This document shows positions 17,021 through 28,900 of a DNA stretch of 64,000 nt, piece by piece. How positions within the stretch are numbered: the stretch's first letter is position 1; the number at the start of each line of letters is the position of its first letter. This DNA is from Desulfosudaceae bacterium (GTDB lineage: Bacteria > Desulfobacterota > Desulfobacteria > Desulfobacterales > Desulfosudaceae): the NCBI GenBank assembly GCA_963674745.2, contig CAXXDV010000003.1:1056001-1120000 (forward strand). Direction: 5' to 3'. Below the pieces are notes generated by a model. That model was not told the origin of the DNA. It saw only the letters and a list, made by a program, of their open reading frames with translations, and searched no databases. A program made the position numbers and the translations under genes.

Positions 17021-19618
17021 ATGCAGGTTGAAAACGACAATGCAGGTCAGAACAGTTCCCCCGGCACAGATGTCTGTCCGGTCAGCAGTCTGAAAATAAC
17101 TGAAAAACCCGGGTGGACGGATATCCCTCTGGCCGAGGGGTATACCGTTACTTTCAAGTTTATCGGTGACCGGATTCTCCTGACGGTTCCCCGGGGATAC
17201 AGCGGCAGCCAGGGGATGGCGGCCCTTTTCCGGGAAAGAGAAAAAGCGCTCAACGAGATGCTCCCGGCAGGCGAAACGTATGTAGAATTGAGGGATTATA
17301 GCCGGATTTCGGGCAAACCCAACTGGAACGCCCGTAAACAGATGGTGGAGGGGTTGCGCTCCTGCCAGGATCGCATGCAGGGACTGGTTCTTTTTAATGC
17401 CCCGCCGGCCATAAGAATCGTGGCCGGTGTCGGTATGCGTCTTTATCATTACCCGTTCTGGGCCTGCATGGCTTCAGATTACCGGGATGCCGTAAACCGG
17501 GCATTGGAAATGTTGAAAAACGAAAAAACCGGTCAGCCTGAGGGCGACAGGCAGGCCGTTGTTCATCAGCCCCAAGACAACAAAAATTTTGAAGCATATG
17601 TTGATGAACTGGTGCGTTATATCGGCCAGATCAACTGGGAGACCGGGGAGGCAAACCACGTATCCGTAAAGCCGGATGACCACCCTTTTAAACCGGTATT
17701 CGAAGCCATTGATCTGTTAAAAGTGGATCTGGAAGATTTGATCCGGGAACGGGAACAGTCTTTACGGGATTTGATCGAAAAAGAAACCGAACAACGCAGA
17801 ATTATCGAAAGCATCGATGATGGATATTATGAATGCGATCTGACCGGAACCATTCTGGTTGCCAACGAGGCGTTTTGCAGGGCTTCCGGTTTTTCCCGGG
17901 AGTCGGTGATCGGCACCAATTACAGGGACAAGCTGGATCAGAAAAATGCGGACAAGGTGTTTGAAGCGTTCAACAAGGTTTTCAGGACAGGTAAGCCGGC
18001 CTACAACATTATCTATGAGATTGTAAATCCGGACGGAAAACTGTGCTATGTCGAGGCGACCACTTCACTGATCAGAGACAAGGAAGGAAAACCGGTCGGT
18101 TTCAGGGGAATTCTCCGGGATATATCAGAGCGGAAGAAAAACGAAGAATTTCTGATGATGTTCCGGCGCTTTGCCGAAGCCTCGGGTGAAGGTGTGGGAT
18201 GGTCCGACCTTGACGGTCGTATCGTGTATATCAATGAAACCATGTGCCGTATTCTGGGGGAAACCGACCTGGCATCTGCCAGAGGAAAGCGGGTCACCGA
18301 TTATTATGACAAAGAGACCAGCAAAAAGCTGATCAAGGAAACAAATCCGGTGGTCATGAATGAGGGGGAGTGGAAAGGAGAGCTTTTACTGAAAAGACCG
18401 GACGGCCGACAGATGCCGACACTGAACGATATTTTCTTGATCCGGGATGAAGACGGCCGACCGCTTTACCATGCCATTATTTCAAGGGATATTTCAGACC
18501 TGAAAGAGGCTGAGCAGGCCTTGCGGAAAAGCGAAGAAAAATACCGGATTCTGTATCAGCATGCCGGGGATGTTATTTTTATCGCCCAGGACGGTCTGGT
18601 CAAGTTCCCCAATCTTAGAGGGGAGGCCCTGTTCGGTTATACAAAAGAAGAGCTGGTCAACACCTCTTTTCTTTCCGTCATTCATCCGGATGACCGCGAA
18701 TTGGTGATGGAACGGCATATGAAGCGCCTGCGGGGAGAGCAGTTTGAGCAGACCTACTCTTTCCGCATATATAATAAAGCGGGAAAAATGTTGTGGGTGC
18801 AGATTACCAGTGTCTATATCGAATGGGAGGGCCGGCCGGCCGCCCTGGTTTTTTTAAGAGACATCACCCGCCAGCAGATAATGGAAGAACAACTCCGGCA
18901 GAAATATAAAATGGAGGCGGTCGGAACTCTGGCCGGCGGTATTGCACATGATTTTAATAATATTCTGGCCGGCATCATGGGGTATACGGATGTTATTGCC
19001 GGTGAAACACCGGAGGGCACAACCACCCATAAAAATCTGACCCAGATCCGCAAGTCGGTTTTACGGGCCAGGGGGCTTGTCAAGCAGTTGCTTTCGTTCA
19101 GCAAGTCAGCGGAACAGGATTACAGCCCGGTGAGCATGAATATGATGGTCACCGAAGTTTTGGAGATGATTCGTGCCTTATGCCCGCCAACGGTTGAAAT
19201 TATTAAAGAAGTATCCGAAAAAGATTGCCTGGTTTATGCCAACCCGGTCCAGATCCATGCTATTATACTCAATATTTGCAAGAACGCCCTTCAGGCAATG
19301 CCGGATGGCGGTCTTCTTGAGGTAACCTTGCAGCAGAATGATGATTCAGGTGCCGAAGCCGCAGACGAGTCGCATACCGGCAGCCGATATTGCCGCCTGA
19401 ACGTAAAGGACACGGGGGTGGGCATGTCGCCTGAGGACAAGGATCGCATATTTGAGCCCTACTTCACCACCCGTCCGCAGGGGCAGGGAACCGGACTCGG
19501 GCTTTCGGTCGTTCATGGCGTGGTAACCGGTCTGGAAGGCTTCATTTCGGTTGACAGCACACTCGGAAAAGGCACAACTTTAAAGATATCTTTGCCCATC
19601 ATGAGCCGTAGCGATTAG
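17021..19618 (+). CDS. Cytoplasmic sensor histidine kinase with three PAS domains
   Basis: Three PAS/PAC units ending RDIS/RDIS/RDIT; H-box GIAHDFNNIL; N, G1, F and G2 boxes; no receiver domain. Confidence 0.93.
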   Translation: MQVENDNAGQNSSPGTDVCPVSSLKITEKPGWTDIPLAEGYTVTFKFIGDRILLTVPRGYSGSQGMAALFREREKALNEMLPAGETYVELRDYSRISGKPNWNARKQMVEGLRSCQDRMQGLVLFNAPPAIRIVAGVGMRLYHYPFWACMASDYRDAVNRALEMLKNEKTGQPEGDRQAVVHQPQDNKNFEAYVDELVRYIGQINWETGEANHVSVKPDDHPFKPVFEAIDLLKVDLEDLIREREQSLRDLIEKETEQRRIIESIDDGYYECDLTGTILVANEAFCRASGFSRESVIGTNYRDKLDQKNADKVFEAFNKVFRTGKPAYNIIYEIVNPDGKLCYVEATTSLIRDKEGKPVGFRGILRDISERKKNEEFLMMFRRFAEASGEGVGWSDLDGRIVYINETMCRILGETDLASARGKRVTDYYDKETSKKLIKETNPVVMNEGEWKGELLLKRPDGRQMPTLNDIFLIRDEDGRPLYHAIISRDISDLKEAEQALRKSEEKYRILYQHAGDVIFIAQDGLVKFPNLRGEALFGYTKEELVNTSFLSVIHPDDRELVMERHMKRLRGEQFEQTYSFRIYNKAGKMLWVQITSVYIEWEGRPAALVFLRDITRQQIMEEQLRQKYKMEAVGTLAGGIAHDFNNILAGIMGYTDVIAGETPEGTTTHKNLTQIRKSVLRARGLVKQLLSFSKSAEQDYSPVSMNMMVTEVLEMIRALCPPTVEIIKEVSEKDCLVYANPVQIHAIILNICKNALQAMPDGGLLEVTLQQNDDSGAEAADESHTGSRYCRLNVKDTGVGMSPEDKDRIFEPYFTTRPQGQGTGLGLSVVHGVVTGLEGFISVDSTLGKGTTLKISLPIMSRSD

Positions 19619-19796
19619 ATCCCTTCAGGCTATTAAATTTCTTTAAGGTGCTATAAAAATAATTAATGGTTTAATGCCGAAACTACATTTTTCGAAAAGG
19701 TTTCTTTATCCCCATGTGATCGTCAGGTTTAAAATTTATATTATTATTCAGTGTGTTATTATTAAACTGGGTTTGTGATCATTAATTTCCCAAATG

Positions 19797-19812
19797 CGGC
19801 ATGTTTTTTGTA
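19797..19812 (+). promoter_or_regulatory. Possible sigma54 (-24/-12) promoter of pilY1
   Basis: CGGCATGTTTTTTGTA has GG-N10-GT spacing (consensus GC), within an AT-rich region with an IHF-like ATTCAGtgtgTTA about 50 bp upstream. Confidence 0.4.
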
Positions 19813-19947
19813 TGTTAAAGCATATCAAATAGTAGTTTAGTGTTTTCCCAGGGGAAGGTATCCTAAATGGAAACTGGCAGAACAAAGCCGCTGTTAAATC
19901 TTATGGCCCGTAAGTGGCCGCATCAAGGATAATAAAGGGAGTATGCC

Positions 19948-22900
19948 ATGAACAAATCACATCAAACCGACCGGTCGTTTTCTAAAATAACCGTTGGTAA
20001 AAGATTGCCGGGCGCGCCGGCTTTGCACGAGCGCCTGGTAAAATCAGCGCTGTGTCTCCTGGTTCTGATGGCAATGGGCCTGATGCTGACCACTGTTGCC
20101 ATGGCGGCCCCCGCCACATATTGGTGTAAAGATGGTGACGGCGATGGCTGGGGTGATCCCACTAATTGGGAGTATTGCAAAAAGAAGAATCTTCCGTCAG
20201 GGATATGGTACAAGTGGAGTACCGGCCTGTGCGAGGATTGCAACGACAGTGAAGCCGGTATCAACCCGGATGCGGACGAAATTTGCGGGGACGGCATCAA
20301 CAACAACTGTACTGGTGGGGTGGATGAAAGCTGTTACGACTGGTATCGGGACAGTGACATTGATAATTACGGCGATTCCAGTGACATTAAATCGGCCCAG
20401 ACCCAGCCGACGGGATATGTATTGGATTCTACCGATTGTGACGACACCCGGGGCGATGTCTACCCCAATGCCACTGAATTGTGCGACGGCGTGGACAATG
20501 ACTGCGACACCGACGTGGACGAAGGCTGCCAGACCTGGTACCGCGACGCCGACAACGACGGCTATGGCACGGCCGGTGACACCACTTCGGCCGCTTCAAA
20601 GCCGGCGGGTTATGTGGCCGACAATACGGACTGTGACGATACCCGCTCCAATGTCAACCCCGGCCAAAGCGAGATCTGCGACGGCCTGGACAACAATTGC
20701 GACGGCGATACGGATGAAGGCTGTGAGACCTGGTATGAGGACGCCGACGGTGACGGTTACGGCAATCCCGCTGTTTTCTTTAGCGGCCACAACCCGACCG
20801 GGTATGTTTCTAACAGCCTCGATTGTAATGACTTAAACGCCGCGATAAGTCCAGACGCAACCGAAGTCTGCGACGGTGTGGACAACAACTGTAACGGCGT
20901 TACGGATGAAGGCTGCCAGACCTGGTATCAGGACGCTGACGGCGACGGGTTTGGAAACCCGGCCGTAACCGCGTTCCTTTTTAACCCGCCGCCCGGCTAT
21001 GTGAGCGACAATACCGACTGTGACGATACCGACGCCGACATCTATCCGGGCGCGAATGAAATTGACGGCGACGGCATCGACAACAACTGCGACGGTCTGA
21101 CCGATGAAAGCAGTCTCTGGTATGAGGACAGCGACAACGACGGTTTTGGTAAGCCGGACGTGAGCACTACCGGCTTTTCCCAGCCGCCAGGATATGTTGC
21201 CGACAACACGGATTGTGATGACAGCGATAATTTTACTTACCCGGGCGCACCGGAGATATGCGATGACGGAATCGATAACAATTGCAACGGCGCCGTGGAT
21301 GAAGGGTGCAATACCTGGTATCGGGATGCCGACAACGACGGTTACGGAGACCCGGCTGTGTGGGTTATCGCCGATGCCAAACCCGCCGGTTATGATTATG
21401 TTTCCGACAACACGGACTGTGACGACAGCAATCCCCTTGTCAATCCCGCCGCTGACGAGCTCTGTTTAGACTCGATTGACAATAACTGCGACGGGCAAGT
21501 TAATGAAAATTGTTACGTCTGGTATGAGGACGGCGATGGTGACGGGTACGGTAATCCCGGAGTGACCACCTGGGCCACTTCACAACCGGGCGGTTTTGTA
21601 AACAACCTGCGGGATTGTGATGATACCGACGCGGCCGTCAATCCAGATGCCGCTGAAATCTGCGATGGTTATGACAACAACTGTAACGGTGTTATTGATG
21701 AAGGCTGCGAGGGGAAATGGTACCGGGACAGTGACGGTGACACTTACGGCGATTCGAGTGATTCTTCAGACACCCAGCAGCCGGGTTATGTACCCGTGCC
21801 GGGCGACTGTGACGACAGCAATCCCCTGGTTTATCCCGGCAGGGATGAAATCTGCAACGACGGAATCGACAACAATTGCGTAGGCGGCATTGACGAGGGC
21901 TGTCTTTACTGGTATCCGGATGATGACTTTGACGGCTTCGGCGATATCGATTCAGCCAGTGCCGTCAGGGCGTATGCGGCGCCGGCCGGATATACCGCCG
22001 ACCACTCGGACTGTAATGACGGCAACTCCGACATTAATCCCGACGCGACTGAAATCTGCAACGGTGCCGATGACGATTGCGACGGTTTTACGGACGAGGG
22101 CTGCGCTGACTGGTATCAGGATTATGATGGGGACGGATACGGCAATCCCGCGGTACCCGCCACTTCGGTCGTTCAGCCGGCGGGGTATGTGGACAACAGC
22201 CTCGATTGTGATGATGAAGACTCCAATGTCAATCCCGGTATGCACGAGGACTGCGCCAACAATGTTGATGATGATTGTGACGGTGAAATAGACGAAGGCT
22301 GTATTATCTGGTACCAGGACTTTGACGGTGACGGCTGGGGTAATTCCTCCGTCATTAAGGCCCTTGATACCCAACCGGACGGCTATGTGGAAAGGGGGGG
22401 GGATTGCAACGACCATAGCACCAGTATCAATCCCGGCGCTCTAGAAGTCTGTGATGATACCTTTGACAACAACTGTGACGGCAACATAAATGAAGGCTGC
22501 CAGGCCTGGTATTATGATAATGATGGTGATGGCTGGGGATCGGCTCTAGAGGATGATATCGGATACGCAACCACCCAGCCTGACGATTACGTAGACCGGG
22601 CCGGCGATTGCGATGACGAAGATGCTGCCGTCAATCCCGATGCGTCGGAAGTCTGTGACACCTATGATAATGACTGTGACGGTTTCACGGATGAAGGCTG
22701 CACGATCTGGTATGAGGACGGTGACCACGACGGATGGGGGTCGGCAACTTCCCAGGTGGCGATTACCGCCCCACCCAATTTCGTGGACATTACCGGTGAC
22801 TGTGACGATGCCGTTGCCGCCATTAATCCCGGCGCCGTCGAAATCTGTGACGGTATTGATAATAATTGCGATTTGAGTGTCGACGAGGGCTGCACCGACT

Positions 22901-25900
22901 GGTACCAGGACGCCGACGGCGACAACTACGGAGATGCGTCCGTTTCCGTTATTGATAATGTTCAGCCGGGTGGTTACGTGTCGGATAACACGGACTGTGA
23001 TGATGCCGTTTTCGCCGTCAACCCCGGTGTTGCCGAGGTATGCGACGACGGTATCGACAACAACTGTGACGGCGAAGCCGATGAAGGCTGTCAGGTCTGG
23101 TACCGGGACGCCGACAATGATACCTGGGGGGATATTGCCAATACGATGACCGGCAAGTCCCAGCCCCTCGGTTATGTTTACAGATCCGGTGACTGCGATG
23201 ATTCGGATGCCGCCATCAATCCCGACGCGGCCGAAGTATGCGACGGCGATGACAACAACTGCAATACCTATATTGATGAAGGTTGTCTGGACTGGTTTTT
23301 AGATGCTGATGGTGACGGATTCGGCGATCCCGCCACCCTGCAGACAGCCATCAACTTGCCGTCGCCGGATCATGTACTGAACGGCCTGGACTGCGTTGAT
23401 ACCGACGAGGACGTGAATCCGGACGCGGTTGAAATCTGCGACGGAATCGACAACAACTGTGACGGCAACACGGATGAAGGCTGCCTGACCTGGTATCGGG
23501 ACAGCGACGGCGACACCTACGGTGATCCGGGTGACACCACCGTTTCCCAGGTCCAGCCGCCCGGCTATATCCTTGACGGCACGGATTGCGATGACACCCG
23601 TTTGGAAGTCCATCCCGGGGCTGCGGAAATCTGCGACACCCTGGATAACAACTGTGACGGCGATACGGATGAAGGCTGCCTGACCTGGTATCGGGACAGC
23701 GACAGCGACACCTACGGTGATCCGGGTGTATCCACCGTTTCCCTGGTCCAGCCGGCCGGCTATGTGGCCGATAATACGGACTGCAATGATGCTGTTTTCG
23801 CCATCAACCCCGGTGTCGCCGAGGTATGTGCGGACGGCATTGACAACAACTGTGATGGTAACACGGACGAAGACTGCCTGACCTGGTATCGGGACAGTGA
23901 CGGCGACACCTACGGTGATCCGGGTGTATCCACCGTTTCCCAGGCCCAGCCGGCCGGCTATGTGGCCGATAATACGGACTGTGACGATACCGACGCGGCC
24001 ATCCATCCCGGCGGTGTGGAAGTGTGCGACGGCGATGACAACAATTGTAACGGCGACACGGACGAGGGCTGCCTGACCTGGTACCGGGACGCCGATGGTG
24101 ATAATTACGGTGATCCGGCATTGCCTAGCGTGTCCCAGACCAAACCGGTCGGGTTCGTGCTTGACAACACCGATTGCGATGATAGTGATCCGCTCATCAA
24201 CCCCGGTGCCCTGGAATTGTGTGACGCGGGACTGGATGATGAAGACTGTGACGGCGATGTAAACGAAGGCTGTCTGACCTGGTACTGGGACGGTGACGCC
24301 GATAATTACGGCGATCCGGCAACATCTGTTTATTCCCAGGTCCAGCCGGGCGGGTATCTGCTTAACGGCACGGATTGCGACGATACCAACGCGGCCATCC
24401 ATCCCGGGGCGGCGGAAATCTGCGACACCCTGGATAACAACTGTGACGGTAACACGGATGAGGGCTGTTTGACCTGGTATCGGGACAACGACAGCGATAC
24501 CTACGGTGATCCGGGTGTATCCACCGTTTCCCTGGTCCAGCCGGCCGGCTATGTGGCCGATAATACGGACTGTGACGATACCGACGCGGCCATTAACCCG
24601 GGCGCGCCTGAAGTGTGCGACGGCGTTAATGACGAGAACTGCGACGGCAGCGTGGATGAAGGCTGCCTGACCTGGTACGAGGACAGTGATGGCGACAATT
24701 ACGGCAACCCGGGCGTGTCCGTCGATGCTGTCATTCCGCCGCCCGGCTATGTGTCCGACAACACCGATTGTGACGATACCAACGCGACGATCCATCCCGG
24801 TGGTGTGGAAGTGTGCGACGGCGTTAATGACGAGAACTGCGACGGGTCGGTGGACGAAGGCTGCCTGACCTGGTACGAGGACAGTGACGGCGACAAATAC
24901 GGCAACCCGGGCGTGTCCGTCGATGCTGTCATTCCCCCGCCCGGCTATGTGTCCGACAACACCGATTGTGACGATACCAACGCGACGATCCATCCCGGTG
25001 GTGTGGAAGTGTGCGACGGCGTTAATGACGAGAACTGCGACGGGTCGGTGGACGAAGGCTGCCTGACCTGGTACGAGGACAGTGATGGCGACAATTACGG
25101 CAACCCGGGCGTGTCCGTCGATGCTGTCATTCCGCCGCCCGGCTATGTGTCCGACAACACCGATTGTGACGATACCAACGCGACGATCCATCCCGGTGGT
25201 GTGGAAGTGTGCGACGGCGTTAATGACGAGAACTGCGACGGGTCGGTGGACGAAGGCTGCCTGACCTGGTATCGGGACAGTGACGGCGACAAATACGGCA
25301 ACCCGGGCGTGTCCGTCGATGCTGTCATTCCGCCGCCCGGCTATGTGTCCGACAACACCGATTGTGACGATACCAACGCGACGATCCATCCCGGTGGTGT
25401 GGAAGTGTGCGACGGCGTTAATGACGAGAACTGCGACGGGTCGGTGGACGAAGGCTGCCAGACCTGGTACCTGGACAACGACGGCGACAATTACGGCGAT
25501 GCCGGCGTTTCCATGACGTCCAACTTCCAGCCGCCCAATTATGTGCTGGACAACACCGACTGTGACGATGGCGATGCCGCCATCAACCCGGCCGGCACGG
25601 AAATCTGTGATGGCCTCAATGACGAGAACTGCGACGGGTCGGTGGACGAAGGCTGCCGGACCTGGTTCCGGGACAGCGACGGCGACAATTACGGCGATGC
25701 CGGTGTGTCTACCATTGGCGTGGTTCAGCCGGGCGGATATGTGCTGGACAACACCGACTGTGATGATACTGAACCATTGAGGAACCCGGGTATGGCCGAA
25801 GTCTGCGGGGATACCCTGGACAATGATTGCAACGGGCTGGTGGATGACAGTTGCGCCAACTGGTACAAGGATACTGATGGTGACGGTTATGGCGATCCGG

Positions 25901-28900
25901 CTGTGCCAAGTATGGCCGTAGGTCAACCGGCTGGATACGTGGGCAAGGCTGGTGATTGCGACGACACCGAGTTCAACATCAACCCCGGTGTAGTAGAGGT
26001 GTGCGACGGCGCGGTAGATGAAAACTGCAACGGCCAGGTGGATGAAGGCTGTCTGACCTGGTATATTGACTCTGATGGCGATGGTTATGGCACTAACTGG
26101 TCTGTCGTGCAATCCATCACCCAGCCGGCCGGATACGTGTTAAAAGACGGCGACTGCGTTTTCGATAACCCGGCGATACATCCGGGTGCTTTGGAGGTCT
26201 GCGACGGTGATGACAATAATTGTGACGGCAACGTGGATGAAGGCTGTCTGACCTGGTACGAGGACAGCGACGGCGACTCTTACGGGAATGCGGCCGTTTC
26301 CTCGACAGCCATCGTGCCGCCGGCCGGATATGTGCTTGACGACACGGATTGTGACGACACGAATTTTAATGTCAACCCGGGCGCGATTGAAGTGTGCGAC
26401 GGCGTCAATGACGAGAACTGCGACGGGTCGGTGGACGAAGGCTGTAATACCTGGTACCAGGACAGTGACGGCGACGGGTACGGTAACGCCGGCGTTACGG
26501 CCGTGCATATCGTGCCGCCGGCCGGCTGGGTGCTTGACGGTACGGATTGTGACGACACGAATTTTAATGTCAACCCGGGCGCGATTGAAGTGTGCGACGG
26601 CGTCAATGACGAGAACTGCGACGGGTCGGTGGACGAAGGCTGTAATACCTGGTTCCAGGACAGTGACGGCGACGGGTACGGTAACGCCGGCGTTACGGCC
26701 GTGCATATCGTGCCGCCGGCCGGCTGGGTGCTTGACGATACGGACTGTGACGACACGAATTTTAATGTCAACCCGGGCGCGATTGAAGTGTGCGACGGCG
26801 TCAATGACGAGAACTGCGACGGGTCGGTGGACGAAGGCTGTAATACCTGGTTCCAGGACAGTGACGGCGACGGGTACGGTAACGCCGGCGTTACGGCCGT
26901 GCATATCGTGCCGCCGGCCGGCTGGGTGCTTGACGGTACGGACTGTGACGACACGAATTTTAATGTCAACCCGGGCGCGATTGAAGTGTGCGACGGCGTC
27001 AATGACGAGAACTGCGACGGGTCGGTGGACGAAGGTTGTAATACCTGGTACGAGGACAGTGATGGCGACAATTACGGCAACTCGGGCGTGTCCGTCGATG
27101 CTGTCATTCCGCCGCCCGGATATGTTCTTGACGACACGGATTGTGACGACGGTGATTTCAACATTCATCCCGGGGCAGTGGAGGTGTGCGACGGCACCAA
27201 TGACGAGAACTGTGACGGCAGTGTGGACGAAGGCTGCCAGACCTGGTACCGGGACGCCGACAGTGACGGTTACGGGGATCCGTCTGACAACATGGTTACC
27301 ATTATCCAGCCGCCGGGTTATATTTCCGACAACACCGACTGCGACGACACCAAGGCCGCGGTCAATCCCGGTGCGACCGAAGTGTGCGACGGCATCGACA
27401 ACAACTGTGCCGGTGGCATAGATGAAGGCTGTGACTTCTGGTACCGGGACAACGACCATGACAACTTTGGTAATCCCGGGGTGTCTGTCTGGGCCGTGAT
27501 CCAGCCGGCCGGCTATGTAAACGATTTTACGGATTGTGATGACAGCGATGCCGCCATTAATCCGGCTGCTGTGGATATATGCGGCGACGGTGTTGACAAC
27601 AACTGCGACGGCTCGACTGATGAAGATTGCCTTGATTGGTATCGTGACCTTGACGGGGACAACTTCGGGTATATTGGCGATAAACATGTTTCACGCGTCC
27701 CGCCTGCCGCGAATTATATCTCCGACAACACGGACTGCAACGACAACAATCCCGCAGTGTATCCCGGTGCGGCAGAAGTGTGCGACTCCATCGATAATGA
27801 TTGTGACGGCGACACCGATGAAGGCTGCCAGACCTGGTACGAGGACAATGACGGCGACGGTTACGGCAACTCCGCTGCGCCTCAGACAAGCCCGAGCCGG
27901 CCGGCCGGTTATGTCTTTAACGACACGGACTGCGACGACACCGACCCGGCCATCCATCCCGGCGGTGTGGAAGTGTGCGACAGCGTTGACAACAACTGTG
28001 ACGGCGACACCGATGAGGGCTGCCAGACCTGGTATGCGGACGACGATAGTGACGGTTACGGGGATTCGTCTGACAGCATGGATACCATTATCCAGCCGCC
28101 GGGCTATGTGTCCGACAACCAGGATTGTGACGACACCAATCCGGCCATCCATCCCGGAGTGCCTGAAGACTGTGACGGCGTTGACAACAACTGTGACAGC
28201 CAGACAGATGAAGGCTGCATGATGTGGTATCAGGATCTGGACGGGGATAATTACGGAAACCCGGGTGTAGTCCTTAATGAAGTCATCCAGCCGGCGGGTT
28301 ATGTGTCTGACAACACGGATTGCAAGGATGACAACCCGGCCATTCATCCCGGAGTTCCTGAAGACTGCAATGATAGTTTTGACAATGATTGTAACGGGTT
28401 GGTTAATGACGGTTGCATGACGTGGTTCCAGGACGTTGACAGTGACGGATACGGTAACGCTTCTGTTTCCGTAGATGAAGTCGTCAAGCCGTTCGGTTAT
28501 GTGGCCGACAACACCGATTGCGACGACACCAAGGCCTTTGTTAACCCCGGCATTCTGGAAGTTTGCGACGGCTTCGACAATGATTGCGACGGCGGCGTGG
28601 ACGAGGGCTGCCGGACCTGGTATCAGGACAATGACCACGACGGTTTCGGAACCGGCACTACCGCTACGGCGGTTTTACAGCCGGGCGGTTACACGGCCCT
28701 GACCGGTGATTGTGACGACACCAATCCGGCGATTCACCCCGGCGCCCTGGAAATCTGCGACACCATCGACAATGATTGCGAAGGCGGCATAGACGAGGGC
28801 TGCCGGACCTGGTATCAGGACAATGACGGTGACGGTTTCGGTTCGACGAATACTGGCGAGGCTGTTGGCTCCTTACCCGGTTACGTGGCCGAACCCGGCG

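Noticed and set aside
19845..19930. Cyclic-dinucleotide riboswitch in the pilY1 leader
   Set aside because: GGAAA and CAAAGCC fragments are present, but I could not build the GEMM P1/P2 stems; an Rfam/Infernal scan would settle it.
23299..28638. Long antisense ORFs (937, 515 and 315 aa)
   Set aside because: Shadows of the repetitive GAC/TGC-rich pilY1 frame; V/A/I-rich translations with no recognisable motifs.
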